A stretch of DNA of 64,000 bases from Actinomycetota bacterium (lineage in GTDB: Bacteria > Actinomycetota > UBA4738 > HRBIN12). Where the stretch lies: assembly GCA_046731295.1 (NCBI GenBank), contig JBKPKU010000051.1, positions 13,902-77,901 of the forward strand, given 5' to 3'. Positions 26,907 to 38,390 of the stretch are shown one piece after another (position 1 is the stretch's first letter; each line of letters starts with the position of its first letter). The position numbers and the translations under genes are program-made. A model generated the notes under the pieces. The model worked only from the letters and a program-made list of their open reading frames with translations. It did no database searches and had not been told where the DNA came from.

Positions 26907-27260
26907 ATGTCCCCAGCGAGAAAGAGATCGACCGCAGGCAAGAAGGCGGCCGCGACACGCAAGCGGAAGACCGCCGCCCGCAAGACGGCGGCGAAGAAGG
27001 CAGCCGCAACGCGCAAGCGGAAGACCTCGGCGAGGAAGCCCGCGACGCGGAAGTCTCCCAAGCGGAGAACCGCGGGTAAGAAGGCGGCCGCGACGAGGAA
27101 GCGCAAGACTTCCGCCGCTCGCAAGACAACACGGAGAAAGCCCGCCGCCCGCAAGCCGGCGGCGAAGAAGGCGACTCGCAGAAGGACCACGCGCAGGAAG
27201 ACGGCGGCCAAGAAGACCGCTGCGCGTAGACCCAAGAGGCGGACCGCGAAGAAGCGGTAA
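26907..27260 (+). CDS. Highly basic Lys/Arg/Ala/Thr repeat protein (histone-H1-tail-like, putative nucleoid-associated)
   Basis: 117 aa composed almost entirely of K/R/A/T. GKKAAATRKRKT occurs twice and KKAAATRKRKT a third time. A good SD (GAAAGGGGG) lies 6-8 nt before the ATG, 20 nt after the whiB stop, and a strong hairpin follows. Confidence 0.65.
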   Translation: MSPARKRSTAGKKAAATRKRKTAARKTAAKKAAATRKRKTSARKPATRKSPKRRTAGKKAAATRKRKTSAARKTTRRKPAARKPAAKKATRRRTTRRKTAAKKTAARRPKRRTAKKR

Positions 27261-27276
27261 GCGTCGGGTCGAGAAC

Positions 27277-27313
27277 GAACGCGGAAGGGGGGCGTTGCCC
27301 CCCTTCCGCGTTC
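27277..27313 (+). terminator. Perfect 17-bp stem, 3-nt loop hairpin after the whiB/basic-protein pair
   Basis: GAACGCGGAAGGGGGGC-GTT-GCCCCCCTTCCGCGTTC. There is no U-tract, which is common for high-GC actinobacterial terminators. Confidence 0.7.
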
Positions 27314-27369
27314 GACGAGCATCTCCTGCCTGCTAGGCTGCGCGCCGCCCTCGGGCGGCAACGACCCCA

Positions 27370-30300
27370 ATGGTTACGACGACCGTCGATCCTTCTCGAA
27401 CCTCGAACGAGGTCCACTCGCCGAGCGTGCTCGTCGTCTTGGTCACCCGCGAGGCGGCCGGCTGGCTCCGTGGCTGCCTCGAGTCGCTGGCCGCCCAGAC
27501 CCACCCCCGGCTGGGCGTGGTGGCGGTCGACAACGGCTCGAGCGACGGCACCCTCGAACTCCTCCATCAGGCGCTGGGCGCTGGGCGCGTCGTGGCGCTC
27601 GGACAGAACCGGGGTCTCGCCGGGGCGCTGGCCGCCGCGACCGAACTCGCGCCGGCCAGGGCCGCCGACTACCTCCTCTTGGTGCACGACGACGCGGCGC
27701 TCGCGCCGGACGCGGTCGAGCGCCTGCTCGAGAGTGCCGAGGGCATCAAGGGGGTCGAGCGCGTGGGTGTGGTCGGGCCCAAGGTCGTCGATTGGGACGA
27801 CCCGCGGATCCTGCGCGAGGTCGGCCGATCCACGGACCGGTTCGGTCACCCGTACTCGCCCCTGCAAGACGGCGAGCTCGACCAAGGCCAATACGACCGG
27901 GTCCTGGAGGTCCTTTTCGTCTCCTCGGCGGTGATGCTGGTCTCGCGGGAGGCCTGGCAGCGCACGGGGCCGTTCGATGAGCGCTTCTCCGGGCACCACG
28001 ACGACCTGGACTTCTGCTGGCGGGCGCGCCTTGCGGGGTTCCGCGTCCTGATGACCCCCCTCGCCACCGCCCGGCACCGGGACGCCTCCGCGCGCGGCGA
28101 GCGGCCGCCCGAGGAGCGGCATCGCAGCACGCGCTACTACGCCGCGCGGGCGGCCCTGGCCTCGATGCTGAAGGACTACGGGGTCCTGACCCTGCTCTGG
28201 CTGTTGCCCGTGTATGCGGTCGTCGGGCTCGCGCGCGTCGTGTACGCGGCCCTGGCGCGCCGCTTCGAGGATGCCTTCGACCTGCTGACCGCCTGGGGAT
28301 GGAACATCCTCCACATGCCCGGGACGCTTCGGCGCCGGGTCCGGGCGCAGGCCGTCCGGTCGGTCGCCGACCGAAAGATCCGCCCCTTCATGGCCTCCAC
28401 GTTCCGGCTGCCGAGGTGGTTCGAGCAAGCCGAGGCGTTCCTGGACGAGGGCCTGGAGGAGATCTCCGGGGAAGAGGACGACCGTCCGCTGCCGCGAAAG
28501 GCGGCCGGCGTGGCGGCGGGGCATCCCGTGCTGCTCGGGTCGATCATCGCGATCGGGCTGTGCGCGCTCGCCGTCCGCGCGTTCGTCGGACCCGAGGTGC
28601 TCACCGGCGGCGCCTTGGCCGCGTTCCCGGCCCAGGCGGCCGGCTTCTTCCGCGAGCTCGGCTCCGCCGTTCGAACGACGGTGCTGGGTGGGGTTCAGCC
28701 GGGGAGCCCGGCGCTGGCGGCGATGGGTGCGGGCTCCTGGGTCGCCTTCGGCAGCACGGCCCTGGCGCAGAAGGTCTTCCTCGGGGCGATGCCCGCGATC
28801 GCCGGGATCGTCATGTACCGCGCGATGGCACGGGAGACGGGCTCCCCCGCGTCCTCGGTGGTGGCCGCCGGGGCGTACGTTCTGTCGGCGCTCATGCTGT
28901 GGGCCTTCTCCGAGGGCAGGCTCTCCCTGCTCGTGGCCCTCGCCGTACTGCCGTTCGCCTGGGACCGGATCGACGCCGCGTTCCGGCGCCGGGCCCCCGA
29001 ACGCCCGTACCGGTCCGCGGTCGGGTTCGGGGTGGCGCTGGCGATCGGTGGCGCGTTCGCGCCCTCGATCGCCCTGCCCATCGGGGCGTTCGCGATCGTG
29101 AACCTCCTGGCCGGCAGGCGCCGCGATCGTGGCACGGTGCTGGTGGCCCTCGGCATTTTCGCCGCGGTCCTGCTCGCGTTCCCGGTGGTGCTGGCGGCCG
29201 CTGGCGATCCGGCCGCCGCGCTCGCGTCCGACATCGGTAGGCCCGACGTCTGGTCGTTGCTGCGCCTGGCGCCCGGCGACGGCCCGGGCACCTGGGCGGT
29301 CGCGGCCTTCCTACCTATCGCGGCCATCGTCTGCTTCGCGGGCGCCGCCGACCCGCAGCGTGGCCGCGCGTGGCGCGCACTGCTCGTGGCGGTGGCGGGG
29401 ACCGTGCTTGCGTGGGCGTCGGTGGCCGGCTACCTCCCGGCGGCGTTGACGAACGCGCCCGCATGGCTCGCCGCCGCCGCGGTCGTCGAGAGTGCTCTGA
29501 TCGCCTACGGGCTGTCGACGTTCGCTCGTGGGCTCGGCCGGCAGGCGTTCGGGTTCCGGCAGCTCGGCGTCGCGGTCCTGTCGGTGGTGCTGACGGTGGG
29601 TGTCCTGGCCCAGGCACTACAGGTCACGTTCGCCGACTGGGCGGTGCGTCCCGGTGGCCTGCCGCCCGCGTGGCCGGTGATCGCCTCGAGCGCGCCCGGG
29701 CCCTTCCGGATCCTGTGGCTCGGAGCCCCCAACGGCGAGCCGTTCCCCGCTCCGGGCGGGGATCCGATCGGGCTCGCCCAGGCGGGGGATGCGACCGTTC
29801 GGTTCGGTCTGACCGATCGCGACGGCGTGTCGGCGCTCGACGACGGCCGCGCGCGATCCGGACCCGGCTACGATCATCTGCACGAGATCGTGCTCGACCT
29901 CGTGGCCGGGGGAACGCGCCACGCGGGCGCGTTGCTGGGCACGTACGGCGTGCGGTTCGTCGTGTCGGCCGAAGGGGACCTACCCGGCGTCGCGCGCGAA
30001 CGCCTGCTCGAGCAGCTCGACCTCGACCGCGTCCCGGCCGGCGGGCTCACGATCTTCCGAAACGCGGCGACCCTGCCGACGACGTTCGTCTCGGCGAACG
30101 CGTCGGTGCCCGACCGCTTCGTGCCCGCCGAGATCCAGTCCTCGCCCGCGGTCGCCGGCACCGAGCTCGACGGCGGGGGGGAGCGGTTCTCGGGTGCCGC
30201 CGCCGAGCCGGGGCACGTCGTGGTGACCCAGCAGTTCGACGGCGGCTGGAACGTGGACAACGGCGGCCGGGCGGTCGAGCCGTTCGAGGGCTACGGTTGG

Positions 30301-30438
30301 GCGATCGCCGCGCCCGTGCAGGCCGGCGACGTCGTCGTCCGGTTCACGCAGCAGTGGGTCCGCACCGCCGAGATGGTGCTGCTCGGCCTGCTGTGGGCCG
30401 CGGCGCTGTGGATCACACGCAAGCCGGGGTCGGCGTGA
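27370..30438 (+). CDS. GT2-family glycosyltransferase fused to a large polytopic membrane domain and C-terminal extracytoplasmic domain
   Basis: The N-terminal roughly 300 aa are GT-A/GT2-like (VLVVLVTRE...VVAVDNGSSDGT...LLLVHDDAAL...SSAVMLVSREAWQRTGPFDERF). More than 12 hydrophobic segments follow. Confidence 0.85.
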   Translation: MVTTTVDPSRTSNEVHSPSVLVVLVTREAAGWLRGCLESLAAQTHPRLGVVAVDNGSSDGTLELLHQALGAGRVVALGQNRGLAGALAAATELAPARAADYLLLVHDDAALAPDAVERLLESAEGIKGVERVGVVGPKVVDWDDPRILREVGRSTDRFGHPYSPLQDGELDQGQYDRVLEVLFVSSAVMLVSREAWQRTGPFDERFSGHHDDLDFCWRARLAGFRVLMTPLATARHRDASARGERPPEERHRSTRYYAARAALASMLKDYGVLTLLWLLPVYAVVGLARVVYAALARRFEDAFDLLTAWGWNILHMPGTLRRRVRAQAVRSVADRKIRPFMASTFRLPRWFEQAEAFLDEGLEEISGEEDDRPLPRKAAGVAAGHPVLLGSIIAIGLCALAVRAFVGPEVLTGGALAAFPAQAAGFFRELGSAVRTTVLGGVQPGSPALAAMGAGSWVAFGSTALAQKVFLGAMPAIAGIVMYRAMARETGSPASSVVAAGAYVLSALMLWAFSEGRLSLLVALAVLPFAWDRIDAAFRRRAPERPYRSAVGFGVALAIGGAFAPSIALPIGAFAIVNLLAGRRRDRGTVLVALGIFAAVLLAFPVVLAAAGDPAAALASDIGRPDVWSLLRLAPGDGPGTWAVAAFLPIAAIVCFAGAADPQRGRAWRALLVAVAGTVLAWASVAGYLPAALTNAPAWLAAAAVVESALIAYGLSTFARGLGRQAFGFRQLGVAVLSVVLTVGVLAQALQVTFADWAVRPGGLPPAWPVIASSAPGPFRILWLGAPNGEPFPAPGGDPIGLAQAGDATVRFGLTDRDGVSALDDGRARSGPGYDHLHEIVLDLVAGGTRHAGALLGTYGVRFVVSAEGDLPGVARERLLEQLDLDRVPAGGLTIFRNAATLPTTFVSANASVPDRFVPAEIQSSPAVAGTELDGGGERFSGAAAEPGHVVVTQQFDGGWNVDNGGRAVEPFEGYGWAIAAPVQAGDVVVRFTQQWVRTAEMVLLGLLWAAALWITRKPGSA

Positions 30439-31814
30439 GGAAGCTCCAGACGGTCGTCGCGATCCTCGTCCCGGTGGTGCTGCTCGCCGGCGCGGCGTAC
30501 GCGCAGCGCGAGCTCACCTCGCGGTCGTTCGAGGCGATCGAACGACCGGAGAGCTCGGGCGCGTGGTTCTGTCCGCACGGCGGCGGCCCGGATGGCTGGG
30601 ACGTCCAGCTCCAGGTCGCGAACCCCGGGTCACGAACGGCGACCATCCGCGTGCGCTCGCTCGGCCAGGACAAGCCCCCCGAACCCCAGACGCTCCAGGT
30701 CGATCCGGGCGCGTTCGTTCGCGTCCCCGTGTCGGGGGACGGCAGGGGCAGCGCGTCGGTCGTCGAGTGGTTCGGCCAGTGGGTGGCGGTGGGCTGGCTG
30801 GCCCATGCCGGCGGCGAGGAGACGGGTGTCGCGGCAGAACCCTGCGCGCCGGCGGCCGGCGACCGGTGGCTCCTGCCCGACGGCGTCACCGAGACCGAGG
30901 ACGACGAGGCGTATCTCGTGGTCATGAACCCGTTCGCGCGCGAGGCGGTGTTCTCCATCACCCTGCTCGGCCGGCGCGAGCCCGTGCAGCACAGCTCGAC
31001 GACCGACGTGGCCCTGAAGCCGTTCCGGAGCACCGCGTTCCGCCTCGGTCAGATCCTGTCCGGCGAGCCGACGGTGGCCGCGATCGTCGACGTCTCGGTC
31101 GGGCGCGTGGCGGCCGCGTCGCTCGGCGTCACCGTTTCCGGCGGCATCCGGTCGGCCCTCGGGTACCTCGGGACGCCGCCGAGGGACCTCACCTTCCCGG
31201 GGGGTCACGATGCGGGCCGGACGCAGCTCCCGGTGATGAACGCGAGCCCCACGCAGGAGGGCGGGCGCGCGTCCGTGGACGGCAACATCCTGGGTGAGGG
31301 CCAGTCGCCACAGGCGTTCGCCGGACTGGCCGAGTCGAGCCTGCCGCCGATGTCCGCGCGCACCTTTCCGGCCACGACCTCGGTCCCGTCCTCGATCCGG
31401 CTGGAGGTCTCCGCGGACCGGATGGCTGCCGTTCGCCGGACGTTCGGCAGCGTGTCCGATCAGGCGGCGGTCACCGGCGCGGAGCCGACGACGTCGTGGC
31501 TCGTCCTCCCCACCGTCGCGGGGTCGCCGTCGCACCCCGGTCTCGTCCTGGCCAACCCGGGGACCAAGCCCACCGAGGTTGCCCTCTCGTTCCTTTCGCC
31601 GGGGCCGGATCGGCAGGTCACGGTGACCGTGCCGCCGCAGTCGACCGCCGAGGCCCCCGAGCGGTTCCTGAACGTCGCCCCGCAGGTCGGGGTGTTGGCG
31701 AGGGCCTCATCGGGAACATTCGTTCCGGCTTCGGCGTCCTACTCCCTCGGTATCGAGGGGTTCGCGGGGTACGCCGTGGCCCTCGGGATCCCGATCGCGA
31801 GGGGCGCGTCGTAG
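30435..31814 (+). CDS. Membrane-anchored secreted protein (resembles the actinobacterial DUF5719 type, from memory)
   Basis: The GTG start overlaps the GT2 stop (GTGA at 30435-30438). It reads VRKLQTVVAILVPVVLLAGAAYA as a signal/anchor, then a beta-rich sequence. The track ORF from 29370 is an off-composition extension. Confidence 0.7.
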   Translation: MRKLQTVVAILVPVVLLAGAAYAQRELTSRSFEAIERPESSGAWFCPHGGGPDGWDVQLQVANPGSRTATIRVRSLGQDKPPEPQTLQVDPGAFVRVPVSGDGRGSASVVEWFGQWVAVGWLAHAGGEETGVAAEPCAPAAGDRWLLPDGVTETEDDEAYLVVMNPFAREAVFSITLLGRREPVQHSSTTDVALKPFRSTAFRLGQILSGEPTVAAIVDVSVGRVAAASLGVTVSGGIRSALGYLGTPPRDLTFPGGHDAGRTQLPVMNASPTQEGGRASVDGNILGEGQSPQAFAGLAESSLPPMSARTFPATTSVPSSIRLEVSADRMAAVRRTFGSVSDQAAVTGAEPTTSWLVLPTVAGSPSHPGLVLANPGTKPTEVALSFLSPGPDRQVTVTVPPQSTAEAPERFLNVAPQVGVLARASSGTFVPASASYSLGIEGFAGYAVALGIPIARGAS

Positions 31815-31937
31815 GGCGGCGGCCCTACAGGCGATCCGGGGTCGTACCCGGCGGGCGCGACCCCCTATGATGTGCCCGCACGCAACGGACGATGAACCCG
31901 GGGCGATGGACCGGGGGCAAGAACGGAGAGGATCGCG

Positions 31938-32993
31938 GTGGCTCGAGCGAAGCACCGACGGGGACGCCGGTGGGTGGTCGTGGCCGTCTCTCTGGGCGTG
32001 GTCCTGCTGGTCTCGGGCGGGACCGCGTTCGCCGCCTATCGCTACGACGCCTCCACCTCGGACCGGATCCTTCCCGGCATCACGATCGCGGGCGTCGACG
32101 TGGGTGGCATGCGGCGCGACGAGGCCGTTCGAACGCTCCGCGAGAAGGCCGAGGAGACCCTGTACAGCGACCTGGTCGTCCGGGCCGCGGGACGGTCGTG
32201 GACCGTGACGCCTGCCTCGCTCGGCATGACCGCCGACGTGGAGGGGTCGGTGTCGCGGGCGTTCGCGGTCGCCGACCAGATGTCGTTCGCGTCGCGGGTA
32301 TACCATCGCCTGCGCGACCAGCCGGTCGACGTCTCGATAGACCTGCCGTTCCTCGAGGATCGGGGCGGCGTCAAGACGTTCGTCCAGCAGGCGTTCGACG
32401 AGGTCTCGGTGCCCGCCGTCGACGCCCGGTTCGCGCTGGTCGACGGCGAGCTCGTGACCGGCCGCTCGCACACGGGGAGGGAGCTCGCCGTGCACGAGGC
32501 GACGGCGCGGATCCTCCACGCACTGTCCGATCGCGCCGAAGAGGTCTCCGTCCCGGTCCGAACGCTCGACCCGAAGGTCACGACCGCCTCGCTCGGTCCG
32601 TCGATCGTGGTGGACCTGTCCGAGAACCAGCTCTACCTGTACGACGGCCTCCACGTCGTCAAGCACTACCCGGTCGCGACCGCGGCTCCCGGTTACGAGA
32701 CGCCCGTCGGGAATTGGCAGATCGTGAACAAGGTCGAGAACCCGACCTGGTACAACCCGGCCCTCGACACGTGGGGGGCCGACCTCCCGCCGGTGATCGA
32801 GCCGGGGCCCGGCAACCCGCTCGGGACCCGCGCGCTCTACCTCAACGCCCCGGGCATCCGCATCCACGGCACGTACAGCTCGTCCTCCATCGGCACGTAC
32901 GCCTCGCACGGATGCATCCGGATGTTCATCTCGGACTCCGAGGACCTGTACGGGCGCGTCCCGATGGGGACCCGCGTCATCATCAAGGCGTAG
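31938..32993 (+). CDS. L,D-transpeptidase (YkuD domain) with N-terminal anchor and pre-catalytic domains
   Basis: The C-terminus reads YPVATAAPGYETPVGNWQI...NPLGTRALYL...IRIHGT...SHGCIRM, the catalytic His/Cys motif. Confidence 0.9.
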   Translation: MARAKHRRGRRWVVVAVSLGVVLLVSGGTAFAAYRYDASTSDRILPGITIAGVDVGGMRRDEAVRTLREKAEETLYSDLVVRAAGRSWTVTPASLGMTADVEGSVSRAFAVADQMSFASRVYHRLRDQPVDVSIDLPFLEDRGGVKTFVQQAFDEVSVPAVDARFALVDGELVTGRSHTGRELAVHEATARILHALSDRAEEVSVPVRTLDPKVTTASLGPSIVVDLSENQLYLYDGLHVVKHYPVATAAPGYETPVGNWQIVNKVENPTWYNPALDTWGADLPPVIEPGPGNPLGTRALYLNAPGIRIHGTYSSSSIGTYASHGCIRMFISDSEDLYGRVPMGTRVIIKA

Positions 32994-33015
32994 CGCCCTG
33001 GCGGGGCCCGGTTGC

Positions 33016-33043
33016 TTGAAATCACATCCGTGTGATCTACGCT
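33016..33043 (+). promoter_or_regulatory. Sigma-70-type promoter (TTGAAA-16 nt-TACGCT) with a 16-bp dyad ATCACAtccgTGTGAT filling the spacer
   Basis: -35 at 33016-33021 and -10 at 33038-33043. ATG 33050 lies 7 nt after the -10, implying a leaderless mRNA. The dyad at 33021-33036 has the same half-sites as the whiB palindrome core. Confidence 0.5.
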
Positions 33044-33049
33044 TGCCCC

Positions 33050-33259
33050 ATGCGGACGTGTTCGAGGATCCGGTGCTCCACGTTGGCCACGGCCACGGCC
33101 GCGATGCGCTACGACGAGCGGTCGATCCTGCTGCTCGATCTCGTGGCCGACCCCGACCCGGGGCTCGTGGACCTGTGCCCAGACCACGCGGCCCGGCTCA
33201 CGCCTCCGATGGGGTGGGCGATCGCCGACCTGCGCGTCGCGTCGGCGGTCCCGGCCTGA
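33050..33259 (+). CDS. DUF3499-type small protein
   Basis: MRTCSRIRCSTLATATAAMRYDERSILLLDLV...LCPDHAARLTPPMGWAI matches the actinobacterial DUF3499 pattern, which is usually found next to phosphomannomutase. Confidence 0.75.
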   Translation: MRTCSRIRCSTLATATAAMRYDERSILLLDLVADPDPGLVDLCPDHAARLTPPMGWAIADLRVASAVPA

Positions 33260-33417
33260 CCGTCGGGAGCTGGGTGTCCCCTCGAGCCCGAGGCGTGTCC
33301 CCCGGACGGCCGTTCGTCCTCGCATGCTGGAGGACCGTGGCGTGGCCCGAGCCGGTGTGCAGATCTGAGACCTCCGTGCTATGTGCTCCGATGCGCCCCG
33401 CGCCCGAGGATTGACCC

Positions 33418-33609
33418 ATGGACGGCAAGCCCGAAGGCACCTGTCCCGTCTGCCATCAAGGCGACCTGATCTCGATCTCGATGAACGTGGGCGGCAACGA
33501 CCTGTCCTTCACGACGTGCCACATGTGCGAGGCCAAGTGGTGGTACCGGGACGGCGAAAGCGTCCCCCTCCGGGCGGTCATCGGCTCGGTCCTGCAGCAG
33601 GAGAGCTGA
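33418..33609 (+). CDS. Small CxxH...HxC protein (zinc-ribbon-like candidate)
   Basis: 63 aa with CPVCH...TCHMCE. Protein-like composition. Confidence 0.55.
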   Translation: MDGKPEGTCPVCHQGDLISISMNVGGNDLSFTTCHMCEAKWWYRDGESVPLRAVIGSVLQQES

Positions 33610-33628
33610 ACGGGTTGAGTACGATGCG

Positions 33629-34993
33629 GTGACCGTGCCGCATCGAGAACTCGGCCCCATCTTCAAGGCCTACGACGTTCGCGGCGTCGTTCCCGACGAG
33701 CTCGACGAGGAACGCGCCCGGGCCATCGGTGCCGCGTTCGCCGAGTGGTCCGGGATCGGATCGGTCGCGGTGGGACGCGACTGCCGCATGTCTTCGCCGT
33801 CGCTCGCAGCCGCGGTGAGCGAGGGAGTCGTCTCGCGCGGCGCCGACGTCATCGACCTCGGGCTCGCATCCACCGACCTGCTGTACTTCGCGTCCGGCTC
33901 GCTGGAGGTGGCGGGCGTGATGCTGACGGCGAGCCACAACCCGCCCGCATACAACGGCCTGAAGTTCTGTCTGCCGGGCGCGCGCCCCGTCGGACAGGAC
34001 ACCGGCCTGGTCGAGATCCGGGACGTCGCCGAGAACATGTCCTTCGGAGTTGGCCCCGGGAGGGGGTCGGTCACCGAGCGTGACCTGCTGGATGCGTACG
34101 TCGAACACGTGCTGTCGTTCGTGGACGTCGAGGCGATGCGTCCACTCACCGTCGTGGCCGACACCGCCAACGGCATGGGGGGCCTCGTCGTACCGCCTGT
34201 GTTCGAACACCTGCCGATGACGCTCGTGCACCTGTTCCCGGAGCTCGACGGGACATTCCCGAACCATCCGGCCGACCCGATCGACCCCGAGAATCTCCGC
34301 GACCTGCAGCGCGCGGTGCTCGAGCGCGACGCCGACGTCGGGCTCGCGTTCGACGGCGACGCCGATCGCGTGTTCCTGGTCGACGAGCGCGCCGAGGGCG
34401 TGAGTGGCTCGGACGTGACCGCGCTCGTCGCCGCGGCGATCCTGGACCGGCATCCGGGCGAGACGGTCGTCCACAACCTGATCTGTTCCTGGGCGGTGCC
34501 CGAGGTGATCCGCGATCACGGTGGTGTGCCGGTGCGTACGCGCGTCGGGCACTCGTTCATCAAGCAGGTGATGGCCGAGACCGGAGCGATCTTCGGGGGC
34601 GAGCACTCGGGGCACTACTACTTCCGGGAGAACTACCGGGCCGACTCGGGCCTGATCGCGGCCGTCGTGGTGCTCGAGCAGCTCTCGCGGGCAGACGCGC
34701 CCCTCTCCCTGGTGCTGGCGCCGTACCGTCGATATCGCTCCTCGGGCGAGGTCAACTCCAGGGTCCTGGACCAGGACGGCAAGATCGAGGAGATCGCGCG
34801 CACCTACGCGGACGGGCGCGAGGACCGCCTGGACGGCCTGACGGTAGAGTTCGAGGACTGGTGGTTCAACGTGCGCCCGAGCAACACCGAACCCCTGCTG
34901 CGGCTGAACGTGGAGGCGCGGACCGACGAGCTCCTGCAGGAGAAGACGGCCGAGCTCCTGGAGCTGATCCGACGTGAAGGAGGACCGACGTGA
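33629..34993 (+). CDS. Phosphomannomutase/phosphoglucomutase
   Basis: FKAYDVRG...MLTASHNPPAYNGLKF (active-site Ser loop)...FDGDADR...GGEHSGH. Confidence 0.92.
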   Translation: MTVPHRELGPIFKAYDVRGVVPDELDEERARAIGAAFAEWSGIGSVAVGRDCRMSSPSLAAAVSEGVVSRGADVIDLGLASTDLLYFASGSLEVAGVMLTASHNPPAYNGLKFCLPGARPVGQDTGLVEIRDVAENMSFGVGPGRGSVTERDLLDAYVEHVLSFVDVEAMRPLTVVADTANGMGGLVVPPVFEHLPMTLVHLFPELDGTFPNHPADPIDPENLRDLQRAVLERDADVGLAFDGDADRVFLVDERAEGVSGSDVTALVAAAILDRHPGETVVHNLICSWAVPEVIRDHGGVPVRTRVGHSFIKQVMAETGAIFGGEHSGHYYFRENYRADSGLIAAVVVLEQLSRADAPLSLVLAPYRRYRSSGEVNSRVLDQDGKIEEIARTYADGREDRLDGLTVEFEDWWFNVRPSNTEPLLRLNVEARTDELLQEKTAELLELIRREGGPT

Positions 34994-35193
34994 CACTGGA
35001 TGCGGAGCTGCTCGAGATCCTCGTGTGTCCCAACGACCGCGGCGAGCTCGATTACCAGCAGGACCCCGAGGTCCTCGAATGCCGCACGTGCGGCTACCGG
35101 TACCCGGTCCGCGACGGGATCCCCGTCATGCTGATCGACGAGGCGGAGAAGCCCTCCACCCCTCGAAAGCCCTCCGCCAAGAAGAAGCGGTGA
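34990..35193 (+). CDS. Trm112-family small zinc-ribbon protein
   Basis: LLEILVCPNDRGELDY...LECRTCGYRYPVRDGIPVMLIDEA. There are GTGA overlaps at both ends (34990-34993 and 35190-35193). Confidence 0.8.
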   Translation: MTLDAELLEILVCPNDRGELDYQQDPEVLECRTCGYRYPVRDGIPVMLIDEAEKPSTPRKPSAKKKR

Positions 35194-36244
35194 CCGATCT
35201 CGACGACCGGGCGGCGATCCGAGCCGCCGATCCCGGCGGGATGCTCGACACGGTCGCCGGCCTAGCCGCGCAGTGCCGCGAGGCGTACGCGACAGGGCTC
35301 GCCACGAACCCGCTCCCCGAAGCCGACGACGTCGCCTCGATCGCCGTGTGCGGCATGGGCGGTTCGGCCATCGCGGGCGACGTGCTGGCGGCCGTCGCCG
35401 CGCCCCGCCTGCGGATCCCGGTCACGGTCGTGCGGACGCCGGAGCTCCCCGAGTTCTGCGGGCCGCACACGCTGCTGATCGCGTCCTCGTACTCCGGCGA
35501 GACCTCGGAGACTCTCGCCCTGTTCGAGGAGGCCGTGGTGCGAGGCTGCCGGATCCTGTCGATTACGTCGGGCGGCACGCTCGGCGAGCGCTCGGCCGAG
35601 CTCGGGGTGGGCCGCGTCCTCGCCCCCGAGGGCTTCATGCCGCGCGCCGCGTTCGGCCACCTGGCGCTCGGCGCGCTCGGGGCGCTCGAGGCGATGGGGA
35701 TCGCACCCTCCCACGCGGACGACGTGGACGAGGCCGTCGCGCTGATGGGCGAGGTGATGGCCGAGTCCGGAGCCGAAGTTCCGACGCCGGCGAACCCGGC
35801 CAAGGCGCTCGCGCTCGCGATCGGGGAGCGCGTGCCGATCGTGTGGGGCTCGGACGGCATCGGCTCCGTCGCCTCGATGCGCTGGAAGACGCAGTTCAAC
35901 GAGAACGCCAAGGTGCCGGCGTTCGCCGCCGCGCTGCCGGAGCTGGACCACAACGAGGTCGTCGGCTGGTCGCCCGGGCGCGGCGAGGGGTTCGCGGTGA
36001 TCGCGCTCCGCCATGCGGGCGAGCACGGCGACGTCGCGACGCGCTTCCCGCTGTCGGAGGAGATCGCCCGGCGCTCGGGCGCCGACGTGCACGAGGTGGT
36101 GGGGCGCGGCCGTTCGGACCTCGCCTGCCTGCTCACGCTCGTGCAGACCGGGGACCTGGTCTCGACGTACCTCGGCCTGGCCCGCGGCGTCGACCCCTCG
36201 CCGGTCGAGGCGATCACGACCCTCAAGCGCGCCCTGGCCGAGAC

Positions 36245-36248
<4 letters not shown>
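35190..36248 (+). CDS. Bifunctional phosphoglucose/phosphomannose isomerase (SIS domain)
   Basis: IAVCGMGGSAIAGDV...LLIASSYSGETSETL...RWKTQFNENAKVPAF...PELDHNEVVGW. Confidence 0.8.
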
Positions 36249-38390
<2,142 letters not shown>

